From Verrucomicrobiota bacterium (GTDB lineage: Bacteria > Verrucomicrobiota > Lentisphaeria > Lentisphaerales > Lentisphaeraceae): a stretch of DNA of 64,000 nucleotides. Position 1 is the stretch's first letter. Each line of letters opens with the position of its first letter. Where the stretch lies: positions 1 to 64,000 of the forward strand of contig JBDKFG010000029.1 of assembly GCA_039798785.1 (NCBI GenBank), given 5' to 3'. Position numbers and translations under genes: made by a program. Shown in pieces: positions 46,155 to 55,459 of the stretch. The notes beneath the pieces are model-generated. The model saw only the letters and a list, made by a program, of their open reading frames with translations, did no database searches and was not told where the DNA came from.

Positions 46155-47285
46155 ATGCTGATTTCATCTCTCGTTGTGTCGCTGCTGCTGCAAAGCGAAA
46201 ATCCGGTCGCGGCGGAGGGTCAGTGGTCGTCGCCGAAGACCGGCGCCTTGGGGCAAGGCGAGAGCGCCTTGCCGGTGCAAGGTCCCTTCGGCCCCGGCTG
46301 CCAGACCTTGAGTTTCAAGGAACTGCCCAAGCACCAGGCCTTGAAGCTGGAATTCACCCTTCATCTCACCGGCGGCTGGGATGGCGTCGGCCCTTGGGGA
46401 CCCGACCGCTGGGTCTGCGGCCTGAAGGGCGGCGGACTCTTCCTCGATACCACTTTCAACAACTGCTTCCAGGTGTGGAGCGACAACATCAACCAGAGTT
46501 TCCCGGAGTCCTATTTCCTCGAAGCGCAGGAGGACTGCGCCCGCCTGCCGCCGAAGGGACTGCTGCCTTGTTCCGGCGGCACCGGCGCCAGCGCCTTCGG
46601 CCGCTTCGGGCCGCGAATCCACGGCAAGACCGCCGACAGCTCCTACACCTTCTCCTTCATCGTGCGACATGACGCCGCGACGGCGGAATTCCTCTTCCAC
46701 AGCCTCTGCGAAGACCCGATCCCCGACGAGCAATGGTGGCTCGGCGCGGTGAAGGTGACGCCGCTGGCCGAAGTGCCCGGCTTCACCCCGGCCGAGGCCG
46801 AAGGCGCCTGGTCCGCGATCTTCAGCGGCGACGCCCATCAATCCTTCCGCAGCCAGCAGTTTTTCATCACTCATCCCGAGGAGCTCTTGCGCCGGGCCAA
46901 GCTCTTCGCGACCGGCAGCGCCGAGTACGGCCGCAGCCGCCTCGCCCTGACGAGCGCGGCGGTGCCGCCCGACGGGCTGCGGCGCCCGGTCGAAACCAGC
47001 GACGCCGGCCGCAGCTCCCTCGCCGCCTGGCGAGAACTGTCGATGCTGAGCTGTCGCAACGAAGTCACCCAGGCCGCCTTGAAGGAGACGGATCTGCCGC
47101 TTGAGCGCCAGCTCTGGCTCCGGACTTTGCGCAGCCAGTTGAACCTGGGCGCGCCGCAGGAGCTCGCCCTCTTGCGCCTCCAGGCCCAGCTCCGCCAACA
47201 GGGCTCGGCCGAGGCCCTTAGCCTGGCCGATGCGGTGAAAGACAAGATTCAAGCGCTGCGCCGGAGCGAAGACAGCGACGATTGA
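46155..47285 (+). CDS. Exported hypothetical protein
   Basis: GGAGG RBS; signal-like N-terminus; beta-sandwich-like LP.H..L.LEF.L....WDG...GPD.W...TTFNN...QSFP. Confidence 0.7.
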   Translation: MLISSLVVSLLLQSENPVAAEGQWSSPKTGALGQGESALPVQGPFGPGCQTLSFKELPKHQALKLEFTLHLTGGWDGVGPWGPDRWVCGLKGGGLFLDTTFNNCFQVWSDNINQSFPESYFLEAQEDCARLPPKGLLPCSGGTGASAFGRFGPRIHGKTADSSYTFSFIVRHDAATAEFLFHSLCEDPIPDEQWWLGAVKVTPLAEVPGFTPAEAEGAWSAIFSGDAHQSFRSQQFFITHPEELLRRAKLFATGSAEYGRSRLALTSAAVPPDGLRRPVETSDAGRSSLAAWRELSMLSCRNEVTQAALKETDLPLERQLWLRTLRSQLNLGAPQELALLRLQAQLRQQGSAEALSLADAVKDKIQALRRSEDSDD

Positions 47286-47351
47286 GTGAAGCAGGTTGAA
47301 AGGCAAGCATTCGACCCATTCATTTTCCACCTTCAAACCCGGAGCTCCCCC

Positions 47352-48212
47352 ATGTCCCTCCTTTTCAGCCTCCTTGTCGTCGCGGCCGAGCCGGCGCCGC
47401 TGCCCGATTTCCCCAAGGTCCTGCCGGCGGATTTCCCCCGCCAGCCCAGCTACAATCTCCGCGGTGAGGGCGATCTCTACCGCGGCACCCGGATCGGCTT
47501 CACCTATCCCGACCCGGTCCGCAACGCCGAATTCTTCCGCCAAGCCATCGCCTTCAAGCTCGAAGCCCGCTACGAGCCGGTCTTCGTCGCGCTGAAAATC
47601 GACAGCCGCCGCCGTCAGGAAATCCTCCCCGCCATCCTCGATCATGAACTGGCCTTGACCCTGGCGGCTTTGGAGCGCTATACCATCATGCGCCTGCCTT
47701 TGAGGCAGTGGCCAAAATCTCCGGCATTCGAGATCGAGGAGGAGCGTTTCCGCAGCTTCTATAAAGCCGAGGCTGAACGCTTGCGCCAGCGCCTCGGCAA
47801 TCTGGCGCCGGAATTCGTCAGCCGCTGGCGTCAACACCAGATCTTGACTCGGATCAGCCAACAGGAAGAAGATAAGTCCATCGGGATCAGCGATCCCGCC
47901 TGGTTGCGCCTGGCGCAAATCACGGGCGAGGCGGCAGAGAAAGCCCAGGGTCAACAAAAGGTCTTTTTCCAGGAATTGAATGACCGGCTGACGGCGGCGA
48001 ATTTCACCGATGCGGAAAAACGAAAACTCGCCAAGTTCCTCAAGCCGAAAGAAGAGCCCAAATCCGATCCGAATCAGAAAGGTTTTGTCCTGATGCGGAT
48101 CGAAGGTCAAGAAGCGCTTTACTACGCCTGCAATCGCTTGGAAATCTCCGCTTATGGCACCGGCTACGATCCTGAAATCGAACTCTACCCCCGTCACCAG
48201 GAGGCCCAGTGA
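47352..48212 (+). CDS. Exported hypothetical protein
   Basis: GGAG RBS; short signal-like N-terminus; coupled to the downstream gene. Confidence 0.65.
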   Translation: MSLLFSLLVVAAEPAPLPDFPKVLPADFPRQPSYNLRGEGDLYRGTRIGFTYPDPVRNAEFFRQAIAFKLEARYEPVFVALKIDSRRRQEILPAILDHELALTLAALERYTIMRLPLRQWPKSPAFEIEEERFRSFYKAEAERLRQRLGNLAPEFVSRWRQHQILTRISQQEEDKSIGISDPAWLRLAQITGEAAEKAQGQQKVFFQELNDRLTAANFTDAEKRKLAKFLKPKEEPKSDPNQKGFVLMRIEGQEALYYACNRLEISAYGTGYDPEIELYPRHQEAQ

Positions 48213-49573
48213 TGCGTATCCCCTCGGTCCTTTTCGGCCTGATGCTGGCCGCTTCTCTGCCGCTTCACGCCCAAGGGCCGGAGAAGGTCGACGTCAAGAA
48301 GATCAAGAAGGGCGATCTGGTGCCGGAGATCAGCGCCCGCGACTTGGCGGGCCAGGAAACCCGCTTGAGCCAGCAACAAGGCAAGCCGGTGCTGCTGATC
48401 TTCTCCAGCACCACCTGCGGCCCCTGCCTCGCCGAGCTGCCGCAAATGGCCAAGATGATCGAGAAATGGAAGAGCCGCGGCCTGGTCGCGATCAACATCA
48501 TGCACGACAAGGATCCGGCCCAAGTGAAAACCTATCTGAGCAAGCACCCGGAGCTGAGCTGGCCTTGCTGGATCGCGTCGACAGGCGGCTGGAACGATCC
48601 AGCCTTCCGCGCCTTCTCGGTCCGCGGCATCCCCTCGCACGCCTTCATCGATCCCGACGGGCGGGTGATCTGCGGCGACCTCAATGGCGCCGCTCTGGAA
48701 GCGGCCATGGAGGAATATTTCGACGGCAAAATCGCGCCGCCCAAGCTCGATCTTCAGATGACTGAGCTGCAGCAGGCCCTGGCCGGAGAAGACAAGGCTC
48801 GCCTGCGCAAGGCGATGAGCTTCCTCGCCGAGAAGGAGGTCGACGGCCACGCCTTCAACTTCGTCCTGCAGCAACATCTCCGCCAGAGCCCGCGCCGCCA
48901 TCCCCTCGAGTGCCTCCTCGCCTGGCACGACTTCTCGGAAACCACCGTCCGCGCCATCTACGACAACGACAAGCCGCTGGAGACCGAAGTCCTCCTCGCC
49001 CACGCCGCCTACGACATCCAGGCCTGGGCCGCCGGCGACGCCCTGATCGCCCACTGCAACGGGATTATCCACTGGCAGGAAAAAGCGGGCGAATTCAGCC
49101 CTGACCCCGAGGCCTTGCTGCTCGTGAAGCGCCGACGCGCCCTCTTGCTGCAAGACGCGGCGGGGCAAGCCACTCTCCTCGACATGGCCCGGCGCGACAG
49201 CCGGCGCGAGGTGCAGGAGGCGACCTTGAAGGACTTCGCGGCCCTGTCCGCGGCCGAGCTGGCGCCTCTGCGCGACTGGTTGAGCTGGCAGGAGGGAGCC
49301 GATCCGGCGAGCTTCGTCCAGGAGGGGAAAAGTGTCGTCTTCCGCTACCAGGCCGAGGCCACGCCCTTCGCCAACGCCTTGAAGTTCTCGGTGCTGGTCC
49401 AAGTCGACGAGTCGCAGGAATTTCCTCTGGAGATGCGCCACGACGGCAGCCGCAGCCGCTGGAAGCTCGACTGGATCCCTCCCGCCGGAAGCCAGATCCT
49501 GAGGCTGAAATTCGTCGACGAGACCGGGCGTTGCGACAACCGCAAGCGTCAGCTCAAGCTCAAGACGAATTGA
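48212..49573 (+). CDS. Exported TlpA-like disulfide reductase with helical and C-terminal beta domains
   Basis: Signal peptide; GKPVLLIFSSTTCGPCLAELP; VRGIP..FIDPDGRV. Confidence 0.82.
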   Translation: MRIPSVLFGLMLAASLPLHAQGPEKVDVKKIKKGDLVPEISARDLAGQETRLSQQQGKPVLLIFSSTTCGPCLAELPQMAKMIEKWKSRGLVAINIMHDKDPAQVKTYLSKHPELSWPCWIASTGGWNDPAFRAFSVRGIPSHAFIDPDGRVICGDLNGAALEAAMEEYFDGKIAPPKLDLQMTELQQALAGEDKARLRKAMSFLAEKEVDGHAFNFVLQQHLRQSPRRHPLECLLAWHDFSETTVRAIYDNDKPLETEVLLAHAAYDIQAWAAGDALIAHCNGIIHWQEKAGEFSPDPEALLLVKRRRALLLQDAAGQATLLDMARRDSRREVQEATLKDFAALSAAELAPLRDWLSWQEGADPASFVQEGKSVVFRYQAEATPFANALKFSVLVQVDESQEFPLEMRHDGSRSRWKLDWIPPAGSQILRLKFVDETGRCDNRKRQLKLKTN

Positions 49574-49603
49574 ACCTACGGAGTCAAGTTCAACAGCTCC
49601 GCC

Positions 49604-51037
49604 TCACTTCTCCCAGAAGCTGCCTTCGTCCTGGATCTGGCGGATGCGCTGCTCGAGGACTTGCTTCAGTTCGGCAACCTTGGCCGGCTCGGTCGCGGCG
49701 CGGTTGAAACGTTCCCCGAGGTCGTGCTCGAGCTGGAAGAGCAGCGGCGCTTGCGGGCTGGCCTTGAAACCGCCGTCGGCATCCTTGTGCTGCTGCATGA
49801 TTCCGGTCATCAGTTTCCACGGCCCCTGGCGGATGGCGATGGGCTGGTTCTTGCTATCGGGATAGGTCAGGACGAAGTCGGCCGGGGCCTTGCCGCCGAG
49901 GGTCGGGGCGAGGAGCTGGCGGATGTCGCGGCCATCGATGCTGCGCCCTTCCGGCAGAGGCTGGCCGGAGATGGCGAAGACGGTCGGGAGGACGTCGAGC
50001 AGGCTGGCCGGTTCGAGCGAGCGTTGGGCGGGAATGGTGCCGGGCCAGTAGAAGAGCCCGGGAACCCGGCAGCCGCCCTCCCAGTTCGAGCCTTTGCTGT
50101 TGCGGAAGGGCGCGGCATAGCCGACGTTCAGCCCTTCCTTGGCGTCGTTCATGAAGCGCAGCCAGGGGCCGTTGTCGGAGGAGAAGACGATCAAGGTGTT
50201 TTGCGCGATCCCTTCCTCCTCCAAGGTTTTGAGGATGCTGCCGACGCAGGCGTCGGTCTCGGCCATGACGTCGCCGAAGAGGCCGCGGCGCGACTTGCCC
50301 TTGAATTCAGGGCTGGTGAAAAGCCCGAGGTGGGGCTGGTTGAGCGCGACGTAGGCGAAAAACGGCTGCTCGCGCTTGGCTCGGATGAAGGCGAGGGCGG
50401 CTTCGGTGTAGCGCTGCGTCAGGCTGTCGGTGATCTCCTGATGCTTGGGGAGATCCTTGGCGATGATGCGATAGCCGGCGCAGGGCTCGGTGCCGGCCGG
50501 GTCGCTGGCCAGCAGCATCGAGTTGCCGTAGTCGTGGCTGACGTTGGTGCCGATCCAGGAATCGAAGCCGTGGGCCAAGGGCAGGGCATCGGGGCTGAAG
50601 GCATTCTTGGCGTTGGGATTGCCGAGGTGCCATTTGCCGAACATCCCGGTGGCGTAGCCGCGCGCCTTGAGGCCTTCGGCGAGGGTGGTTTCGCGGGAGT
50701 GGAGGTGGCGCTGACTCTCGGGGCCGATGACATAGCTGCCGAGGCCGGAACGTCCCGGGACGCGACCGGTGAGGAGCGAATAACGCGAGGCGCTGCAGGC
50801 GGGCGAAGCGGTGTAGAACTGGGTGAAGGAGGCGCCTTGATGGGCGAGGCGGGCGATCTGCGGGGTCGATGCCGTCGGATTGCCGTTGTGCTCGAAATCG
50901 CCGTAACCGGCGTCATCGAGCAGGATGACGACGACATTCGGACGATCGAGCGCCGGGCGCGGCGCGGCCTGGACCGGAGCCTCGGCGGCGGTAAGAGCGA
51001 GGGGCAGGAGAAGAAGGGCGAGAAGCGGACGGATCAT
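49604..51037 (-). CDS. Secreted formylglycine-type (S1) sulfatase
   Basis: RPNVVVILLDDAGYGD; CSASRYSLLTGR; GKWHLG; SSDNGPW; KGSNWEGG.RVP; WKL. Confidence 0.95.
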   Translation of the reverse strand: MIRPLLALLLLPLALTAAEAPVQAAPRPALDRPNVVVILLDDAGYGDFEHNGNPTASTPQIARLAHQGASFTQFYTASPACSASRYSLLTGRVPGRSGLGSYVIGPESQRHLHSRETTLAEGLKARGYATGMFGKWHLGNPNAKNAFSPDALPLAHGFDSWIGTNVSHDYGNSMLLASDPAGTEPCAGYRIIAKDLPKHQEITDSLTQRYTEAALAFIRAKREQPFFAYVALNQPHLGLFTSPEFKGKSRRGLFGDVMAETDACVGSILKTLEEEGIAQNTLIVFSSDNGPWLRFMNDAKEGLNVGYAAPFRNSKGSNWEGGCRVPGLFYWPGTIPAQRSLEPASLLDVLPTVFAISGQPLPEGRSIDGRDIRQLLAPTLGGKAPADFVLTYPDSKNQPIAIRQGPWKLMTGIMQQHKDADGGFKASPQAPLLFQLEHDLGERFNRAATEPAKVAELKQVLEQRIRQIQDEGSFWEK

Positions 51038-51068
51038 GGCTGGGGGGTTCCTGTAGGGAGGAGCTCAT

Positions 51069-51190
51069 TTTTAACCACGAAATACATGAAATACACGAAA
51101 AAACATGCTTAGGGGAGAGGGGCGGGAGAATGTGCGCGGGTTCTACATCCTCCTGCTCTCTCGTTCATTTCGTGTATTTCGTGGTGAAAA
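51069..51190. repeat. Inverted-repeat (REP/MITE-like) element with ACCACGAAATACACGAAA arms
   Basis: Left arm TTTTAACCACGAAATACATGAAATACACGAAA (51069-51100) and the reverse complement of 51159-51190 match at 27/32. Confidence 0.8.
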
Positions 51191-51210
51191 TGCGTTGTGT
51201 TGTTTCGATC

Positions 51211-52185
51211 TCAAAATTCCGGGCGTTTGCGGGCGGCTTTGCGGAGGCGGTCCATGATCGCCAGGCCGAGGCCGTTTTCGGGGAAGCTTTCGGCGAGGAT
51301 CAGGTCGAGTCCTTCGTCGTCGAGGCGGTGCAGGGCGGCGAAGAGGCAAGTTGCGGCTTCGTCGAGGGAGCCGCTGCCGGAGAGGACTTCGACCGCTTCG
51401 AAGGCGCAGGCCTGGGGCGGGGCGCGGAAGGCGAGGAGGCCGCAGCGCAGGCCGGGGCGCGGCACCGGCGCGGCGCCGGGAGCGAGGAAGCTCAGGGGCG
51501 TCTTCGGGGCGTAGTGCGACAGCAGTTGGCCTGGCGCCAAGGGGATGTCGAGCACCGCCTGGCCGCGCTTCACCGGGCCGATCACCTTCTCGATCTCCTC
51601 CAGCGCGAGAGCGCCGGGACGAAGGAGCTCGGGAGCGCCGCGCGACAGGTCGAGAATGGTCGATTCGACCCCGCGCTGGCAAGGGCCGCCGTCGAGTACC
51701 ATGGCGATGCGATCACCAAGCTGCTCTTCGACGTGTTGGGCGCAGGTCGGGCTGAGGTAGCCGAAGGGGTTGGCGCTAGGCGCCGCGAGGGGGCGTCCGC
51801 AAGCCTTGAGCAGGGCAAGGGCGACGGGGTGCTCGGGAACCCTCAGGCCGACGCTGGGGAGGCCGGAAGTGACGATGTCCGGGACGATGTCGCGGCGCTT
51901 GAGGATCAGCGTCAGAGGGCCGGGCCAGAAGAGGCGGGCGAGCTGGCGGGCGGCCTCGGGGATCTCGGCAGCGAGGGCGAACGCGGCTTCGGCGTCGGCG
52001 CAGTGGACGATGAGCGGATCGAAGGAAGGGCGGCCTTTGGCGGCGAAGATGCCGGCGGCGGCAGATGGCGACAAGGCGTCGGCGGCAAGGCCGTAGACCG
52101 TCTCGGTGGGCATGCCGACCAGACCGCCTTCCCGGAGGATGGAGGCGGCTTCGGCGATGGCTTCGGGAGTGGCGGGGCGGATCAT
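51211..52185 (-). CDS. tsaC: L-threonylcarbamoyladenylate synthase (Sua5 type)
   Basis: PTETVYGL, KGRP..PLIVH, FWPGPLT, AAPSANPFG, GVESTI, APG.L.SHYAP, C-terminal Sua5 domain. Confidence 0.95.
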   Translation of the reverse strand: MIRPATPEAIAEAASILREGGLVGMPTETVYGLAADALSPSAAAGIFAAKGRPSFDPLIVHCADAEAAFALAAEIPEAARQLARLFWPGPLTLILKRRDIVPDIVTSGLPSVGLRVPEHPVALALLKACGRPLAAPSANPFGYLSPTCAQHVEEQLGDRIAMVLDGGPCQRGVESTILDLSRGAPELLRPGALALEEIEKVIGPVKRGQAVLDIPLAPGQLLSHYAPKTPLSFLAPGAAPVPRPGLRCGLLAFRAPPQACAFEAVEVLSGSGSLDEAATCLFAALHRLDDEGLDLILAESFPENGLGLAIMDRLRKAARKRPEF

Positions 52186-52239
52186 GGGATAAAGTTTAAA
52201 GGTTTAAAGTTGAAAGTTGAAAGCTGAAGCTCAGGGATG

Positions 52240-52308
52240 GACCCCGAAGCGGGTCGGAGATTTTAGCTCAGGGTTGAGCCGCATCGGCGACACCCTGGGG
52301 CAGAGAAG
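52240..52308. repeat. REP-like palindromic element, copy A
   Basis: Hairpins gaccccgaagcgggtc and ctcagggt...accctggg; inverted near-copy of 54321-54386. Confidence 0.75.
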
Positions 52309-52326
52309 TGCTTCCCCCTTCCTCCC

Positions 52327-53106
52327 TCACAACGCTGGTTTGACCGGGAAGCGCCCTTTCAAGGCTTCTTTGGCGATCTTCTTGGTGTCTTCGGGGAAGT
52401 CGTTGCTGATCATCCAGGAGAGGAAGCCGGGGTCGGTGGCGGCGAGGGTTTTGAGGAGGGTTCCGCTTTTTTTGCCGAAGGCGATGGCGGCTTCTTCGCC
52501 CTGCCAGTGGAAGCGGCCGGCGGCGTCGACGAAGCGTTCGTCGCGGCAGAACTGGGCGATCTCGGCGGTTTTCAGCGGCAGGTCCTCGTAGCGCTCGCTT
52601 TGAGCGAGGAAGACTTGCACCGTGGCGAGGACGTCGGCCTCGGCGGAGTGAGCGCCTTCGAGGGTTTTGCCGCAGTAGAAGCGGTAGGCGGCCTCGAGGG
52701 TTCGGGGCTCCTTTTTGTGGAAGATCCGCTGGGCGTCGACGATCTGGAAGGCGGCGGGGTCGAAGGGCTTGCCGATCCGTTTGAATTCTTCGGTGAGCAT
52801 CGGCAGGTCGAAGCGGGCGATGTTGAAGCCGCCGAGGTCGCAGCCGCTCAGGTAATCGATCAGGCCCTTGCTGATCTGGAGGAAAGTCGGGCAATCCTTG
52901 AGCATTTCGTCGGTGATCCCGGTGATCCGCGACGACTCGGGGGAGATCGGCTTGCCGGGGTTGAGGCGTTTGGTGCGGGGTTCATCGAGGCTGCCGTCGG
53001 GCATCAGCTTGACGCAGGAGATCTCGATGATCCGGTCCTCGCTGGGGTTGAGGCCGGTGGTTTCGAGGTCGAAGAAGACGATCGGGCGGTCGAGCTGGAG
53101 TTTCAT
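52327..53106 (-). CDS. DEDDh 3'-5' exonuclease (DNA polymerase III epsilon-like)
   Basis: FFDLETTGL...DRIIEI; GFNIARFDLP; AHSAEADV; FGK C-terminal domain. Confidence 0.92.
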   Translation of the reverse strand: MKLQLDRPIVFFDLETTGLNPSEDRIIEISCVKLMPDGSLDEPRTKRLNPGKPISPESSRITGITDEMLKDCPTFLQISKGLIDYLSGCDLGGFNIARFDLPMLTEEFKRIGKPFDPAAFQIVDAQRIFHKKEPRTLEAAYRFYCGKTLEGAHSAEADVLATVQVFLAQSERYEDLPLKTAEIAQFCRDERFVDAAGRFHWQGEEAAIAFGKKSGTLLKTLAATDPGFLSWMISNDFPEDTKKIAKEALKGRFPVKPAL

Positions 53107-53157
53107 GGAGCCTTGGGGGTTGGACGGTGAGAAAGAGACACGAAAGCGCGAAAATGG

Positions 53158-53183
53158 AAAGGCCCCGGCGCGAAACCGGGGCC
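53158..53183 (-). terminator. Probable rho-independent terminator
   Basis: Stem ggccccgg/ccggggcc followed by a T-rich tract on the minus strand, just after the 53203 stop. Confidence 0.65.
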
Positions 53184-53202
53184 TCTTCTCAAGTCAGCGG
53201 GC

Positions 53203-54024
53203 TCAGTTGCCGAAGGGGTTGAGCTTCTTCAGGCCTTCGACGGCCTTGCCGGCGCCTTCGCCGATGGCCTTGCCGGCGTCCTTGCCCATCTCGCCGACCT
53301 TGCTGGCTCCGTCGCCGATCAGCTTGCCGGCCTTGTTGAGGGCGTCCTTGACGACGTTGCTGACGCTGGCGAGGATGCTGTTGAAGATCTCCTTGACTGC
53401 TTCGGCGGTGGAGACGCCTTCGGCCTTCTCGTCGGAGCCGCCGATGTCCTTGAGGGTGAGGGGCGGCATCGGGATGGCGGTGTTGAGCGAGCCGATCATG
53501 ATCGAGGAGTTTTCGACGCGGACCAGCTTGATGATCACCTTCTTGCCGGGCTTCTCCTCGGCCTTGGGCTCTTCGGCTTCCGGCTTCTTGCCTTCTTCCG
53601 GCTTCTTGTCGCCGCCGAGCTTGTTGACGAAGTCCTCGATGTTCTTCTGCAGGGTGGTGAGGTTCTCTCCGGTGAAGCCTTCCCAGTCGATCTGGGTGCC
53701 GCTGATCAGGACTTCGTCGATGATGATCTTGTCGCTGAGGAGTGAGGAGGGCTGGAGCTTGACCGAGAACTTGTCGAACTTGAAGGCGTGCGGCTGTTTG
53801 TAGTCGCCCTTGGGGTTGCCGACGGAGAAGCCTTCGATCGAGCAGGAGCCGGTGAGGGGGTTGAGCGAGGCGCCGCTGATGTCGCAGGGGGATTGGGTGA
53901 TCTTCGGGCCTACTTCGCTGACGCCGGTCTTGACAATGCTGCCGAAGAAGAGGACGCCGCAGATCAGGCCGAGGACGAGGAGGGCGAGGAGGACGCCGAG
54001 GACGATGAGGATTTTCTTTTTCAC
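53203..54024 (-). CDS. AsmA-like membrane-anchored protein
   Basis: GTG start KKKILIVLG TM; LNPLTG...IEGF.VGNP.G; SLLSDKIIIDEV; LTLKDIGG; helical C-terminal tail. Confidence 0.72.
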   Translation of the reverse strand: MKKKILIVLGVLLALLVLGLICGVLFFGSIVKTGVSEVGPKITQSPCDISGASLNPLTGSCSIEGFSVGNPKGDYKQPHAFKFDKFSVKLQPSSLLSDKIIIDEVLISGTQIDWEGFTGENLTTLQKNIEDFVNKLGGDKKPEEGKKPEAEEPKAEEKPGKKVIIKLVRVENSSIMIGSLNTAIPMPPLTLKDIGGSDEKAEGVSTAEAVKEIFNSILASVSNVVKDALNKAGKLIGDGASKVGEMGKDAGKAIGEGAGKAVEGLKKLNPFGN

Positions 54025-54221
54025 GAGGGGACCTTGGGTTGGGGAGATGAGCGGCGGAAGATAAGCGGCAATGCCGAGCTGAACAGGGTGCGACGGCAAA
54101 AAAGCGCGGCCTGGATGAATCACTCGAAGGAACGAAAAGGGCAAGCGGGCCACAAAAGTCTGCGAACTGCGCAAAGGCCTTGCGCTCGCTGCGCGAGGCG
54201 AAATCGCTTTCAGGCTCCAAT

Positions 54222-54240
54222 CCGTGGGCGATGCCCACGG
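54222..54240. repeat. Short GC-rich palindrome (REP-like)
   Basis: ccgtgggc-gat-gcccacgg perfect 8-bp stem. Confidence 0.55.
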
Positions 54241-54292
54241 CTATGCGGTGACCTTTGAGCCTAAATTCCACACCCGCATTCAGAGCCTCCGC

Positions 54293-54386
54293 GACCCCTT
54301 CGGGGTCAAATTCATAAGCTCTTCTGACCCAGGGTGTCGCCGATGCGGCTCAACCCTGGGCTAAATTCTGAGACTCCTTCGGAGTC
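54293..54386. repeat. REP-like palindromic element, copy B
   Basis: Three hairpins: gaccccttcggggtc, cccagggt...accctggg, gactccttcggagtc. Confidence 0.75.
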
Positions 54387-54481
54387 ACACAAACTGAGCT
54401 CAATAAGGAGGTAAGCTTGAGGCTTGATTTAGAGGTTGCCCCTCGTTGTGTCCCCCTTGTGTCCCAGTTGTGTTTCACTTT

Positions 54482-55453
54482 TCACTTCTTCTTGAGGAAC
54501 TGGTCTTCTTTGATCCAGCCGCTGAGATTCAGGGCGAAGGGCTCGCCGCCGTCCTTTTCGGTGATCTTGGCCGGCGCCAGGCTTTCGATCCGGCAGACCT
54601 TGAGGCTGCCGCCCTTGGGCAGCTGCAAGGTCTTGCGTTCTTTGAGGCGGCAGGCGGCGTCCTCGGTCAGGAGGAAGGCGCCGCGGGCGAGGGTGCCGGC
54701 GGCGAGCTTGTCGAAATAGCCGGCTAGGGCGGCGTCGTCGGAAGCATGCATGGCGATCACCCGGGTGCCCTTGGCCAAGGTGCCTTGGGGCTCTTTGTCG
54801 GTGTATTTGTCAAGAAAGGCGGGCCAGGCCGCCTTGAGTTCGGCGGCGGCTAGGCGGCTGAGGGCCTCTCGCTGTTTATTCATGGCCAGGAGCGCCGTCT
54901 TCATCTTCTGGCGGGAAGCCTTGCCTTCGGGGCTGTTTCCACCGTCGAGGTCGATCCGGTCGCTGACGCGCAGTTGTTCTCGGTAGTTGAGGTTTGCGAT
55001 TTCGAGATTGTACTGATCGACCGCCAGTTTCAGCTGCGTCTTGGCTTGGAGGAGTGGCCAATCAGGATCGGCGAGAGGATCGGACCGCCGTTCCTTTTTG
55101 TAGGCTGCCGCTGCCTGTTTGAGTTCAGCGCCTTGGAGGCCGGCGAGCCGCCCGAGGGCGCCGAGCTTGTCGCGGCGCGGAGCCGGCAGGCGTGACGGAT
55201 CGAGGGCGATCGCCAGCCAGTCGAGGAAGACCTGGGAATCGAGGCTGTACTGGCTATGAGCTGCCAGCGGCTTGCCGTCTTCGCCGTCGAGGCGAGCCCA
55301 GGCGCCTTCAGCGTGGAAGCCGGGGCGCGTGATGAGTTTCGGCGCTGGACAGACGAAGCCGTCATCGGGGCTGGCAGGGGAGGGAGCGAAGGCCACGAAG
55401 GCGGCGAGCAGAAGTGAGGAGCTGGTTGTCATGGCGGGACTCCTTTTGGACAT
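54482..55453 (-). CDS. Exported hypothetical protein
   Basis: Signal-like N-terminus; genome-like codon usage; coiled-coil-like middle. The start may be 55432. Confidence 0.65.
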   Translation of the reverse strand: MSKRSPAMTTSSSLLLAAFVAFAPSPASPDDGFVCPAPKLITRPGFHAEGAWARLDGEDGKPLAAHSQYSLDSQVFLDWLAIALDPSRLPAPRRDKLGALGRLAGLQGAELKQAAAAYKKERRSDPLADPDWPLLQAKTQLKLAVDQYNLEIANLNYREQLRVSDRIDLDGGNSPEGKASRQKMKTALLAMNKQREALSRLAAAELKAAWPAFLDKYTDKEPQGTLAKGTRVIAMHASDDAALAGYFDKLAAGTLARGAFLLTEDAACRLKERKTLQLPKGGSLKVCRIESLAPAKITEKDGGEPFALNLSGWIKEDQFLKKK

Positions 55454-55459
55454 TAAGAT

